The translations under genes were made by a program, and so were the position numbers. A stretch of DNA of 64,000 bases. Source: Octopus sinensis. Lineage: Eukaryota. The stretch lies in contig NC_042998.1 in assembly GCF_006345805.1 (NCBI RefSeq), positions 148,738,001-148,802,000 of the forward strand. Reading direction: 5' to 3'. Positions 38,966 to 52,570 of this stretch are shown here, one piece after another. The notes below the pieces were generated by a model that saw only the letters and a list, made by a program, of their open reading frames with translations, was not told the origin of the DNA and ran no database searches. Position 1 is the first letter of the stretch. Each line of letters begins with the position of its first letter.

Positions 38966-39003
<38 letters not shown>

Positions 39004-39354
39004 GAGGAGGTGGGATGAATAAAAGAAATTGCTAGTTAAATAAAATGATTTAAAGGGGAGATGTATAGTGAAGCTGTATACTCCTCCTGGTAAAAAGTGG
39101 CAGGAAAGGCCATTATAAATAAACCAGTAGCCGGTCGTTAAGAGAGGGTCGAGAGTCGACAGTTCTTTCTAGTCGGTATCTTGTGGAGCTATCAGCAATA
39201 GTAAGACAAGCTAGTGTATTACTATTCCGGTATGAAGAGATACAACAGTATGCGATGACTAGCAACTACAATACAGCGGCAGTCACACATCACACCAGTT
39301 GGAGGAACCTACTTTGCATCACACTTCCAATCAGTTAATATCAGAAGCCATGAG

Positions 39355-39831
39355 AGCCAGTGCCTGTGACTATCCTGTTCAAATGGACAAGAAGCTAGAA
39401 AATAATAGACCAGACATAATAATAGACAAGGAAAAGCAAAGTTGTTTACTAATTGATCCATCATGTCCATTTGATTCCATGATCGTGAAGAATGAAGATG
39501 AAAAAAAAAAATAAAAAAGGAGCAAAAAAAAAACAAACAATACAATCCCTTAAAATCTGAATTGTAAACTACAAAAAGAAAGGATGTGCCTATAATAATT
39601 TGTACATAGAGAACTGTAAGCAAAGATATGGGCAATGGTTGAAGGAGATTGGAATAGAACGTCCTGTGGAGCTTCTACAGAAAGTTTACCTCTTAAGGAT
39701 GGTAAGGATTATCAGGAGGGCTTTAAGCACTTGAAAAGCTATTGAAAGCTAGTGGATATCTAAGGTTACAGATAGTGACTCACTAAACCGCATAAATCCT
39801 GCCAGGAATAAAACCGAACCTGAGTCAAATC
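39355..39831 (+). mobile_element. R4/Dong-type LINE 3' fragment
   Basis: DYPVQMDKKLENNRPDIII..LLIDPSCPFD. The 3' UTR (gatatctaaggttaca..ccgcataaat) is shared with 60480-60558; followed by (AAT)n. Confidence 0.8.
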
Positions 39832-39900
<69 letters not shown>

Positions 39901-39901
<1 letters not shown>

Positions 39902-40166
39902 GGAATGATAAAAAAATGTACTGAAACCTATTTGAAAATGATACCAGGCTTACCATCCCTACAGGAAGTGCAAAAATTCGTGTTAACTGGAACGACTCAT
40001 GTACTGAGAAAAGCATTATTGAAAACAACATCCATTCATGAATTTATTTATTTATTAATTTTTTAATTACATATTTTACCTGTGAATTTGCGTGTGTAAT
40101 CTAGGAATGCATACAATGAGATTCTCTGCCCTAGGTGTACGGAAAACATTCGGTGAGAAACGGAAA
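39901..40166 (+). mobile_element. R4/Dong-type LINE extreme 3' fragment
   Basis: GMIKKCTETYLKMIPGLPSLQEVQKFVLTGTTHVLRKAL, close to 13460-13586. (AAT)n on both sides. Confidence 0.85.
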
Positions 40167-40209
40167 ATAATAATAATACGGAACAATGCTAAAAGAAAAG
40201 AAAACAAAA

Positions 40210-40460
40210 AATAAATATAATAAATGCGCCCTTTTAAAGCCTAGCGAGGCTCATGGGCCCGGTTTTCGGGTTTCTATGGCGTATGTGTTCCCCAGCTGGA
40301 CGGGACGCCAGTCCATCGCAGCGTTACTCATTTTTGCCAGCAAACGTGAAATGAAGTGTGTTGCTCAAGAATACAACGCGTCGCCCGGTCCAGGAATCGA
40401 AATCACAATCTTACGATCATGGTGCTGACACTCTAACCACTAAGCCACGCGCCTCCACAA
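40210..40460 (-). mobile_element. SINE, family 3-related
   Basis: tRNA-like head on the minus strand (gtggaggcgcgtggcttagtggttagagtgtcagcac..gattcctggacc). Confidence 0.75.
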
Positions 40461-40639
40461 AAGAAAACAAAAAATTGCAGTTTTACCTTGTATTTCTATA
40501 TTTTGGGGTTATGTCTTATTTAGAACTTTTCGAAAAGCGAGGGATGGAAAATTCGCCGCTCAGATGTGTGGAGGAGGAGGAGGGACGCAGGTGATATACG
40601 CAGACTGGTGTTACTATAATAACCAGTCTGCTTCATGTA

Positions 40640-41017
40640 GTTACCTCTTGTTGTAAGTGGCTGGTCTCAATTTGTGGATAAAGAGGGCCTCCATGATTCT
40701 GAGAGTGCCCTTTTTGCGTTGTCCTTGTTGCCACCCGAAACAACCCATTGCCTCGTCGCCGTAAGCTTGCCGAAGTATACCCAATGTCTCTCTAGCAGAC
40801 TATCCAAATTTAACGCAAAATTTCTCGTTCCAACTTCCTGTCCATAACAAGTCTCAGACTACAGCATACATGTGATCACAAAAACATGAACTTAGCGATG
40901 TCACTCGGCACACTGCCTCATCAAGGTCACTGCTAGTTCTCATTGCGCACGCAACAGTTTGCGGGCATTTGTTAGCGCGCGACAGAACTATTCCTGGAAC
41001 TTTTTGATACTACCTCG
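40640..41017 (-). mobile_element. Mariner 5' fragment
   Basis: TA followed by TIR cgaggtagtatcaaaaagttc at 41017. N-terminal FCVKFG*SARETLGILRQAYGDEAM. Confidence 0.75.
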
Positions 41018-41287
41018 TATACAGTGTAAAAGGTATTCCTTTTATCTTTTACTTGTTTCAGTTATTAGACTGCGGCCACGCTGGGGCATCGTCTTGAAAA
41101 AACTTTTAGTCGAATGTATCGACGCCAGTACATATTTATTTTAAAGCCTGGTGCTTATTCTATCGGTCTCTTTTGCCGAATCGATAAATTATGAGGACAT
41201 AAACATACCAATGCCATTTGTCAAGCGGTGGTGGTGGCGGACAGAGAGACAGACAGATGCACACACACACACCACACACACACACGT

Positions 41288-41340
<53 letters not shown>

Positions 41341-41386
41341 ATATATATATAATATATATATATATATACACATATACATATATGTA

Positions 41387-42698
41387 TAGGATGTCCCAAA
41401 AAATGTACTCCGTCTTTAAATGACAATTAATTCAGTGTTTATTGACTTAGAAACAAGATTAATAGTTCAAATTTACAAATACATGGTCAAAATGCCCTAA
41501 CTCTTTAAATGTCAATAAATACATTGTTTATTGATAGTGATTAATGGTTAAACACAAAATGGATAAATGCCCTTTTATAAATGTTCAAACTAACGACCAC
41601 CACTCCCCAAACACAGCTGATCCCGTGGACCAATGAATTCAAAAGCGTTACAAATCCTTTTATTCGGAACTGCGAGACATGATCTTTCAATTTCCTCTCT
41701 CAGTTCATCAACTGTTCCTGGTTTTGAACAATAAAACTAATCTTCTAGATATCCCCTTAAAAAAAGTTCATTGGAGTGAGGTGTGGTGAATGCGCCGAGA
41801 ATTCAACACTATCTCTTCGTCCAATCCATCTATTCGGAAAAGTTGCATCGCGGTAGGTCCTTACATCACGATGGTTATGGGGAGCTGCTTCATCTTGCTG
41901 AAAGTACATCTCTTCGTCATCAAACAACTCTTCGACTCGTGCAACGACGGATTCCTGCAGCAAGTTTAGGTAAGTATCCCTAGTAGTAGTTTGGTCAAAA
42001 AAGAATGGCCCTATGATACCCAATGCTTATATCCCACATCACACTAATACCTGGTAAGCTCAGATGGTGTTCCATAGTAACGTACGGATTTTCAGAGCCC
42101 AGTAGGTGCAATTAAGTCGGTTAATCGAGCCATTTTACTTAAAACTGGCCTCATCAGCCCAACCAGTTTTGGATGAGATGCTGCATCTTCCTCGCGTTTG
42201 CTCAGGTACCACTCACAAAATTCAACTCTCCAGTCAGGATCGTCTACATTTAGAGTGTGGATAAATGTTGGAGTATAACATTTCCAACCAACTTGCTTTC
42301 AAATGCAATGGGCGTTTGATTTGGGGATTCCCATCTCATGAGCCATTTGTCTTACATATCTCTGTAAAGACTGCCGGAGGGTTTTCAGCAATCCTTCTTC
42401 CTTTGCAGGGCAGATTGATGACCGTGGTCTTCCTCAACGCACCTGATGGACGTTATGTACAGTTCCATCGGATTCAAACTTATCTCGTATGCAAGATAAG
42501 TTTGGGGATCTTTGTGAAAATGTTCTCTAAACTGTCTTTGCACTTCCATGATATTTTCGTGCTTCCAATAACACTTTATAAATTTTCTTTCTTCAAAACT
42601 TAATCGTACTTCCCCGTTACTTACTGAATGTTTCATATCTTTTCAGATCAATTTGACCCTAATAATGACAGATGTACGATTAAGTTTTGAAGAAAGAA
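41387..42698 (-). mobile_element. Tc1/mariner DD41D (rosa-like) transposon, decayed
   Basis: ADEASFK*NG..NC.YW; GIIGPFFF; FQQD followed by 41 residues to the third acidic position (now N in LTPMN). TA + TIR-like taggatgtcccaaaa at the left end only. Confidence 0.8.
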
Positions 42699-42794
42699 TA
42701 TATATATATATATACATATATATGTATGTATATATATATATATATTTCGTCTTTTGTCTATTTTCATAAAGCTTCCCGTTATATATATATATAT

Positions 42795-42868
<74 letters not shown>

Positions 42869-42884
42869 TCATATATATACATAT

Positions 42885-42973
<89 letters not shown>

Positions 42974-43012
42974 ATATGTATATATATGTATATATGTATA
43001 TAATATATATAT

Positions 43013-43052
<40 letters not shown>

Positions 43053-43152
43053 ATATATATACATGTATATATGTATATATATGTATATATATATATATAC
43101 ATATATACATATATACATATATATACATATATACATGTATATATATATATAT

Positions 43153-43244
<92 letters not shown>

Positions 43245-43260
43245 TATATATACATATATA

Positions 43261-43684
43261 CACTTTATGTCATAACGGGAGATAAGATAATAAGATATAA
43301 CTGAATTAATTGTATTACAGGGTTTATACTCTTTTTTCATCCAAGTCTAGTTCTTTCGTGCGTCGATTTTTGTCTTTCATCCATCATCGGGGTTTCAATA
43401 CGATAGAATATACTGGGTCGATAAAAACATCATCAACCCCACATTTTCTTTTCTTCTTTTTTTTTACATAAAAGGAAATAAGAAAAGAGAACCTTGCCAA
43501 AATGCAACATGTTGATTTCTTATTTGGACCAAAGGCATTAATTTATTTTGAGCTTGTGGGGAGTATGATCTTGTCTGATGTGGGATGGTCACTCTTTTCT
43601 AAAGAGCGTTACGAGCATAAGTCAATTATGTGAGAGTAGGAATCAAAACTGAAGGGTGAACATTCCATATATATTACTTCTTGG

Positions 43685-43747
<63 letters not shown>

Positions 43748-43979
43748 TATTATTATTGAAGCAGCATGCTGGCAGAATCGTTAGCACGCCGGGCGAAATG
43801 CTTAGCGGTTTTTCGTCTGCCGCTACGTTCTGGGTTTCATTCCACCGAGATCGACTTTGCTTTTCATCCTTTCGGGGTCGATAAATTAAGTACCAGTTGA
43901 ACACTGGAGTCGATGTAATAGACTCATCCCCACCTCTCCCAAGCGCCCTTGTGGAAAATTAATAATAATAATAATAATG

Positions 43980-44036
<57 letters not shown>

Positions 44037-44620
44037 GATAATAATAATAATAATAATAATAATATATACAATATACATGTATATATATATATATATATAT
44101 AAATATATATATTATATATATTATATATATTATATATATATATATATTATTATATATATATATTATATTATATATATATATTATATATATACATATATAC
44201 ACTTTAGTCATAACGGGAGATAAGATAATAAGATATAACTGAATTAATTGTATTACAGGGTTTATACTCTTTTTTCATCCAGCTAGTTCTTTCGTGCGTC
44301 GATTTTTGTCTTTCATCCATCATCGGGGTTTCAATACGATAGAATATACTGGGTCGATAAAAACATCATCAACCCCACATTTTCTTTTCTTCTTTTTTTT
44401 TTACATAAAAGGAAATAAGAAAAGAGAACCTTGCCAAAATGCAACATGTTGATTTCTTATTTGGACCAAAGGCATTAATTTATTTTGAGCTTGTGGGGAG
44501 TATGATCTTGTCTGATGTGGGATGGTCACTCTTTTCTAAAGAGCGTTACGAGCATAAGTCAATTATGTGAGAGTAGGAATCAAAACTGAAGGGTGAACAT
44601 TCCATATATATTACTTCTTG

Positions 44621-44686
<66 letters not shown>

Positions 44687-44902
44687 TATTATTATTGAAG
44701 CAGCATGCTGGCAGAATCGTTAGCACGCCGGGCGAAATGCTTAGCGGTTTTTCGTCTGCCGCTACGTTCTGGTTTCATTCCACCGAGATCGACTTTGCTT
44801 TTCATCCTTTCGGGGTCGATAAATTAAGTACCAGTTGAACACTGGAGTCGATGTAATAGACTCATCCCCACCTCTCCAAGCTGCCCTTGTGGAAAATTAA
44901 TA
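43261..44902. repeat. Near-identical tandem duplication (~700-bp unit, ~940-bp period)
   Basis: 43261-43965 versus 44200-44902. The differences seen are 1-2 nt indels. Confidence 0.95.
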
Positions 44903-44954
44903 ATAATAATAATAATGATAATAATAATATAATAATAATAATATAATAATAATA

Positions 44955-44988
<34 letters not shown>

Positions 44989-45057
44989 ATAATAATAATA
45001 AAATAATAATAATAATAATAATTATTATTATTATATTATTATTATTATTATTATTAT

Positions 45058-45536
45058 TGAGTGAGAGAACAGTGCATGCCATCAAAGTGACACTGGGGTA
45101 AAATATACGAAGCCCAATATACCCATCATGACTACCCGTCTGATAAAGGTACACCAGGCACATGCATCACAACCATATGTGCGCGACATGGTGATCTCAT
45201 ATCAAGATAAACAGCACATGACCTTGCAGGTGGGGCCCAGTTAGAATTTTCTTCAGGTTGAGTAGCCCATCCCGCTCAAAAGGTCCCTGAATAAGGGTTG
45301 TTTAAGGATGTTGAAAGAACCACCCATGTTTCCAGAGGTGAATTATTCAAACCCCAAAGACTCTCTCTCAACACATGGCTATGATGCTCCCCCACTACTT
45401 CTGCTCATGATCAGAGATGCACATATCGTCAGCAACTAAGGGACATGCTCAACTGGTTAAGGTCAAACAACTGACAAGCAAATCTGTGGTATTGAGCAGA
45501 ATATTTGCTGTAGCCCATCTTTTATACCAAGACAAA
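45058..45536 (-). mobile_element. Non-coding TAA-embedded repeat (same family as 8648-9190)
   Basis: (TTA)n on both sides. Confidence 0.85.
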
Positions 45537-45896
45537 ATTATTATTATTATTATTATTATCATTATTATTATTGCCAATACGCGAGATGACTTTTGACTTT
45601 AGAGAATTTATCACTGTGGAGTTATGGCTTCCATAGAGACATTAACAGCACTAGAGAATTCCTGTAGTTAGTTCTATTGAGTTTTTCGAGATCATAAAAC
45701 TGGAAAATACAAACACCAAAAGACAAAAAAAAAAAAATCAGGCAAATGACAGATAATCGGAGAATGCATTATGTACATAGGTGTATGCGTATATATGTGT
45801 GTATGTGTGTGTGTGTGTGCGTATGCATGTATGTATGTACGTATTATGTATGTATGTATGTATGTATGTATGTATGTATGTATGTATGTATGTATG

Positions 45897-45928
<32 letters not shown>

Positions 45929-45970
45929 TATAATATATATATATTATATATATATATATATTATATATAA

Positions 45971-46796
45971 TATATATTAGAAAAATTGAGGTAATCAGAT
46001 CAGATGGTTCATATTTGTAAGATTTTATTTATTATTACATTTTTACAATATATATCAATCATTCGGATTAGCGCTTGCTCCCATTCTAGTGGGTTTTCAA
46101 ATCAAATCAGTTGTGGGTAGTTTGAACCTTTTTATATTTTTTCGTAGTAGTGGGTGAGGAGGAAGTGAGACAGAGAGAAAATATGTGTGTATGTGTTGTG
46201 TGTGTTGGTTGGTGTTGCGTGTTGTGTGTGTGTGTGTGCGCATTTATATCTGAGAGTGAAGAAGTGTTAGTTCCGTTGGTCTGCTGCCCCCTGTGGTTTT
46301 ATAAGAACTTTGGCCGTCCAAAACACACACAGACACACAGAGAACACACAACACACACCTCCACAGAATGATCATAGAAAGTGTTACCCCAAATGACATT
46401 TTCCAGGCCAACCTATGCACAACACACACTCAGTGACATTGAAATGGACGGCCAAAGTTCTATAAAACCACAGGGGGTCCAGCAGACCAACGGAAATAAC
46501 ACTTCTTCACTCTCAGATATAAATGCGCACACACACACACACACACGCACGCCACACACACACACACCCACATACACACATATTTTCTCTCTGTCTCACT
46601 TCTCCTCACCCACTACTACGAAACTATAAAAAGGTTCAAACTACCCACAACAACTGATTTTATTTGAAAACCCACTAAATGGGAGCAAGCGCTAATCCGA
46701 ATGATATGATATATATGTAAAAAATGTAATATATAAATAAATATCTACAAATATGAACCATCTGATCTGATTACCTCAATTTTTCTAATATATATA
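45971..46796. repeat. Inverted repeat, ~350-bp arms, 124-bp spacer
   Basis: 45971-46320 versus 46445-46796, with many small indels. Confidence 0.92.
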
Positions 46797-46821
46797 CCTG
46801 TACACATCTCCAAACCTTCCG

Positions 46822-46889
<68 letters not shown>

Positions 46890-47420
46890 GCCCAAAAGTA
46901 GGTTTACAGTATTCAACTATCTCTTTCGCATTTATATATATTAACAGTTTGGTCTTAATTATAAGAAAATATGAAACCATCATTCTATACTAATTGAGTT
47001 AATTTTGTCAAGCTCCCTTTTCAGTTTGTAAGATAGAAATTTAAATGTAATAATATGTTTTAGACTGCTACCATGCTGCAGCACCACCTTGAAGGATCTT
47101 TAGTCGACCCCACTACTTATTATTGGTCGTTATTGCTGAACCGCTAAGTTACATGGGTGGTATATTATTTTCATTTATAATAATAAAAACAAGTTTATAT
47201 TAATCTAATGGGTTACTCTATATATTTTTGTAGAGTACAAATACAAATTGTTGAGAGTGGCATGGAAGTTTGGCAAGCAAAGCCATCGTCGGATAATAAT
47301 CCGGCTAGCGGGAACCTCAAAGTCACAGTCAACAATATTCTCGTTAAGTATAATATATATGACTGACCGCTAAATCCACAAGATTTTTTTTTATTCTCTC
47401 TGTGTTTAGTTCATCGTGTT

Positions 47421-47458
47421 TCTTTCTGTTGAAGAGCGTAGGCTCGAAACATAAAAGA
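47421..47458 (+). ncRNA. Minimal hammerhead motif with A6U
   Basis: UCUUU CUGUUGA A GAGC GUAG GCUC GAAA CAU A / AAAGA. Confidence 0.65.
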
Positions 47459-47569
47459 CCTTCTCACCTTTCCGAACGTCAAACTAATACTCGTGCTTGT
47501 TTTAATACACCTGTCTTCGTTTTTTTGTTTTTCTATAACTTTCAACAATATATATATATATATATATAT

Positions 47570-48172
47570 ATTTCGACGTTAGATGTGTGGAAACAATCGT
47601 CGTGATTAATAATAAATTCTCTTATATTCCATCGTCCCTCTTTCATTTGGCATATATATATATATAAATAAAAATAGGGTAATAAGAAATTATTATTACC
47701 AGTGGCCTAGCACAAAAACGAATTAGTAATTAGACTATATATCATTCACATAGAAATACAATAAGAGGCTTCCCAATAGGAAAGCGTTGTGCTAGAAAGA
47801 GCAGTAGAAAACTCAAAACCACCAAATAAAGATAAATTCTCGAAAGGAATGAAAATTAAAAACGTTTACCATCTCAATAATTTCCCAGACCATGGTTTCT
47901 AACTATTTCCAGCAAAAATATATTCGCTGAAGGCGAGTTTCATCAGTGGGACAGCCTTTAGATTTCAAATATACATACAGCCAGATCCACATGTAAAACT
48001 AACTGCCTGTATATCCTAAGTTTTCTATTGCTCTTTCTAGCACAAGGCTTTCCTATTTAGAAGCCTCTTATTGTATTTACATATATATATATATCGACGA
48101 TAGATGTGTCGAAACAATCGTCGTGATTAATAATAAATTCTCTTATATTCCATCTTCCGTCTTTCATTTGCC

Positions 48173-48220
<48 letters not shown>

Positions 48221-48238
48221 ATGTGTGTACATATAATG

Positions 48239-48317
<79 letters not shown>

Positions 48318-48400
48318 ATGTGTATATATATATGGCAAATGAAAGACGGAAGATGGAATGTACGAGAATTTATTGTTAATCACGATGATTGTTTCAACAC
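47570..48400. repeat. Nested direct and inverted repeats around the hammerhead
   Basis: A (47570-47665), B (47754-47813), B inverted (48019-48078), A (48090-48180), A inverted (48330-48400). Confidence 0.85.
47883..47951 (-). ncRNA. Type I hammerhead ribozyme, complete core
   Basis: UCCCA CUGAUGA AACU..AGUU A GAAA CCAUGG UC / UGGGA. Palindrome ACCAUGGU. Confidence 0.75.
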
Positions 48401-50499
48401 ATTCAGCGTCATTCCCTTATGGGTGGGCCACTCAATAACTGATTAAGGAGCATCTGGCGGTGCAGGTGTATCTCGTCGAGTGATAAATAGATGCAACTCG
48501 TTAAGATAACAGTTCCGCAACTTAACAGTTCTCATTTTGTAGGCAGAAAAGCAGCCTGACGGGGAAAATATTTTCCTTTATATAGAAGATCAAATATAAA
48601 ATCACAGATGGAAAAAAAGAGAAACGAACACGCATGACAGACACACACATACTTATATGTATATGTGTATATATGGGGTATATTGAATAACACACAAGAT
48701 AAATTGTTGATGCATTGAAAATATATCTGATTCCAATTACCATCAAAGTTAACTTCTGCCTTTCATGCTTTCGTTTTCAAATAAACTACCAGCCAAGTAC
48801 TGGGGTCGTTTAATTCGATTGCATCCGAACACAAGTTTGTCGCCTTGCTACGATGTGGATATATATTTATTATTTTGTACATTACACAAATTGAGGGAGA
48901 GTTCCCACATTTCAATCCCAGTGCTTGACTGGTATTTTAGTTAATGTAAAGGATGAAGTTTACGTTGAGAATATTTGAACGTTAGATTGTAAAGAACTAA
49001 ACAAATACCGCAAATATTTCCTACGGTGCTCTACTGCTTCAAACCCATCGTCTGCATGGTTTTATATTATATATTAATAAAAATATGAATATCATCTTGC
49101 CAACTATAGTTTTTTCCTATCTACGTTTAATTTTTCCCTCTGTTAATCTTAATTTTCATATATCTGATGGTTTGCAAAAAGCAATATGGCGTGTACCCAA
49201 TCAACTGTACCAGGTTTCTGGCAAGGATTTTACATTTTGCTAGAGTTCTTAGGTAAGATTTCATTTATCATATTCCCGCCAGTAGCTTGTCTGTGTTCCT
49301 GATTGATCAGTCATTAAATACCGCTAGGCTTCACAAAGTAGCAAACACGATTTTATTTCTCATACAAGGTAAAGAAATTGCAATGAAGCGTAAAATACCA
49401 ATCATTTACATTAATTGCTGCAAATGATATTGTCATATTGCTGAAAGATAGGTCTTTAGATTCTTTATTACCACATCCGCAGCGCTAAATTTTGTACTGA
49501 CTGCATTAGATGCAAGTTTATGAAATACGTAAGTGCGGTCAAGCTAGGCCCTGTCGTATTTACACGATGGTGTAAAATTCGTCTGGTGTATTAATTAATA
49601 AGACCATCAACACAATGTATATGAGACTAAATTTGTAAGCAAATTTACAACCAATCGCGCATCTATTCATTCTTAATATCTGTTTATTCTTTTCTTCACT
49701 GGGAAAACTGACCCATGGTTAAACAATCAAAGGGTTGTTGTCACTGAGAAAAATCGAGTCAACTAATCGATTAGTCGCGCTTACATTGCTAGTATAATAT
49801 CCTTACCGTTGTCTATGGGCTCTTCCGTGAAAGTAAACGGACCCTGACAACAGCTTTGATGAGAAGCAACAAATCATTCCATTCTATCTTTTTCCTGGAT
49901 TCCGAGACCTTTGTAAATTAACCTCATTCTGCTATGTTCACAGTAAGGCTAAATATATAACATTTTTAAAAATTGTAACTTGGTTCAAAAACTTAATTCT
50001 CAAAAATTTTATGCACTTTGTTGATTTACTAGAAAGTATTCTTATATTGAGAGATTCTTCTCGGGGTTTTAGTCAATCATATCGACTCTGCTTTTGTCTC
50101 AATCTGGCATTTTATCGATAGATATTTTTCGAACGACTAAGTTATTGTTTTTCACACACCACTGATTTATCACAGGAAAAATCAACATAGATACACGCCA
50201 CACCACGAATTAACGTGCACACACACACACACACACACAGGCGCGCGCTCGCGCATACGGCAGGTTTCTTTGCAGTTTCTGTTGACGGGATTTCACACAA
50301 AAATATTAGGGCAAATGAGGCCAGAGTTGGAAATACTTTCCCAGTGTGCCGCACAAAGAGATAGAACCTGGGACCATGTCCCTTGAAAAGAAATTTCTTA
50401 ACGCAACACTTATCTGATACGTTTGATTATAGTGGAAGGGTGATAAAATGTTGATTGTAATTTTTACGTGGTCGTGGTGGTCAGTTAGTTGTTGATAGG

Positions 50500-51738
50500 A
50501 TAATGAACTGAAAAGAGAGAGAGAGAGAAAAGAAAAAGGAAGAGGAGGAGGAGGAGAAGAAGAAGAAATATGAGGAGGTGGTGGAGGAGGAGGTGGTGGA
50601 GGAGGAGGGGGGGTACAATGATGACGAATAAGGTAATCATGGTGATGATTTTGGGAAGGATGTGTTGCTCGTGATGATGATGGAAAAAGATTGTAACGAA
50701 GAGGATGAAAATGATAAGGATGAGTATGTGACGATACTGCTGTTGTTGTTGCTGTTGATGTCAGTTGTGGGTGTAGGGTTCGGAGTACTGATAGTGGTGT
50801 TGGTTATCGGGTCACAGTTTTTGTACTTTGAACAGAGACCGAGCTAGATGCTTTTGCCTAAACGATCGTCTAAGAGTCTTCCAACTTAGGGTGGTGGTGG
50901 TGGTGGTGGTGGTTTTGGTGGAGATGGTGATGGCGGTGGTAGTGGCGATGATAGTGGTGGTGGTGGTGGTGGTAGGGATAAAATCCTCGTCAAGGTCACA
51001 TTTTTGTTGTGCCATTTAGTTGTGGGTAAAGATGATGGTGGTAGTGGTGGTGATATAATGGAAGCGGTCGCTGGTGTTAAGGAAGAGGAAAAGAAAGGTG
51101 GCGAAAAAAGAATAGGAAATGAAATGATATTTATTAATGAACAGGTGGTGGAGAGTGTGATGGCGGCGGGCTCGACGATTGTTAAGAGGGAATCGCACTC
51201 ATCACTAATATTCATCCTTTCTCTTCCTCATCTCCTATCGCCAGCTCTTCCTCTACAACTTCTTCATAACCATCATCGTCATCATCACCACCACCACCAT
51301 CAGCGGCAGCAGCAGCAGCAGCAGCACAACCACCACCTCAACCACCACCATCACCACCACCACCATCACCACCACCACCATCACCATCGTCATCATCATC
51401 AACTTCAACAAAATCTACATCACCATAAACACAACCATCCTCTTCTTCCTCCTCTTCTTCCTCCTCTTCTTCCTCATCTTCCTCCTCCTCTTCTTCTCTT
51501 TCTCCTCCGCCTCCTGGTCATCATCATCATTTTCACCACTACCACCACTACCACCACATACACCACCACTACACTCATCATTATCATCGCCATTATTCTC
51601 ATTGTCGTGATGATGAAGATGATGACGACGATAATCATGAACGCCACCAGCACCAGTAGCAGTACCACCAGGATCACCACCAGTACCAAAACCACCACCA
51701 TCACCTCGTCATCATTATCGTCGTCGTCGTCATCCCCG

Positions 51739-51774
<36 letters not shown>

Positions 51775-52378
51775 CCACAATTACCACCCATACCATCACC
51801 CATACCACCACTCATACCACTACCACCACCAGCTTCACCCACCACAACTGCCATCACTATCACTATGTCTAAATCGTTGGTTAAACGCCAGCAATTCATT
51901 TTAACTGGACCCCGTTTCTTCTGGAGGCGTTGTTTTGGCAGGCTTAGATTGGAAACAGTGTGAGGTTAAAGTGTAATGTGACATTTGGCAGTGTTCTTGG
52001 TCCATAATCACGTATCTAACTCTGATTGGTCGATATTTCCCATAACCTACAACGCAATGTGACGTCATAGTCAACATGGCTACCAGTGTTAGTTTATAAT
52101 TCACTGACTGCAATTTCTTTTCTCGTTTTCTTTCCTTCTCTTCTCACTTTGTATTTTTACGGGTATCAGATTTAAAATATAATAGATATGGTTGCCATTG
52201 TGTTTTAGCAATTTTGTATCTAAAGTTAGTTGACAGTCTTACATAAATTTACAAATAAATTGCAAATATACGGAGATTTAAAAAAAAATCAAAACATGGG
52301 TGCGTATACATAAAATGTATTCGTGAATACCTGAAACACAATCTAAATGTGATGATGATGATGATGATGACAACGACG

Positions 52379-52409
<31 letters not shown>

Positions 52410-52570
52410 TGATGACGTAGATGAGGATGATTACAACGACGATGACGGTGACAATAATGGTGATAATGATGACGATGATGATGACGATGATGATGAAGAT
52501 GGGGATGATGGCTATAATGATTGCAATGGCTAACGACGGCTACAGCGAGAACAACGATAACCGGGTTATT
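50500..52570. repeat. Compound trinucleotide low-complexity island
   Basis: Mosaic of GAG, GGT, CAT, CAC, CAG, TCC and GAT/GAC runs. Confidence 0.9.
52021..52080. promoter_or_regulatory. Candidate Pol II promoter
   Basis: CTGATTGG (CCAAT box) at 52022-52029, perfect CRE TGACGTCA at 52060-52067 and YY1-like AACATGGC at 52073-52080, in unique sequence. Confidence 0.4.

Noticed and set aside
42150-42160. CUGAUGA on the minus strand
   Set aside because: It lies in the transposase ADEA codons and has no hammerhead stems.
49807-49950. Frame PYCEH..DRME-UGA-FVASHQSCCQGPF as a selenoprotein or neuralized-like exon
   Set aside because: No SECIS element or real homology can be shown, and one stop in about 47 codons is expected by chance.
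51004-51963. 319-aa His/Gln/Pro/Thr-rich plus-strand ORF
   Set aside because: It is a mosaic of trinucleotide runs that reads as protein-like in several frames on both strands. No domain was recognised.
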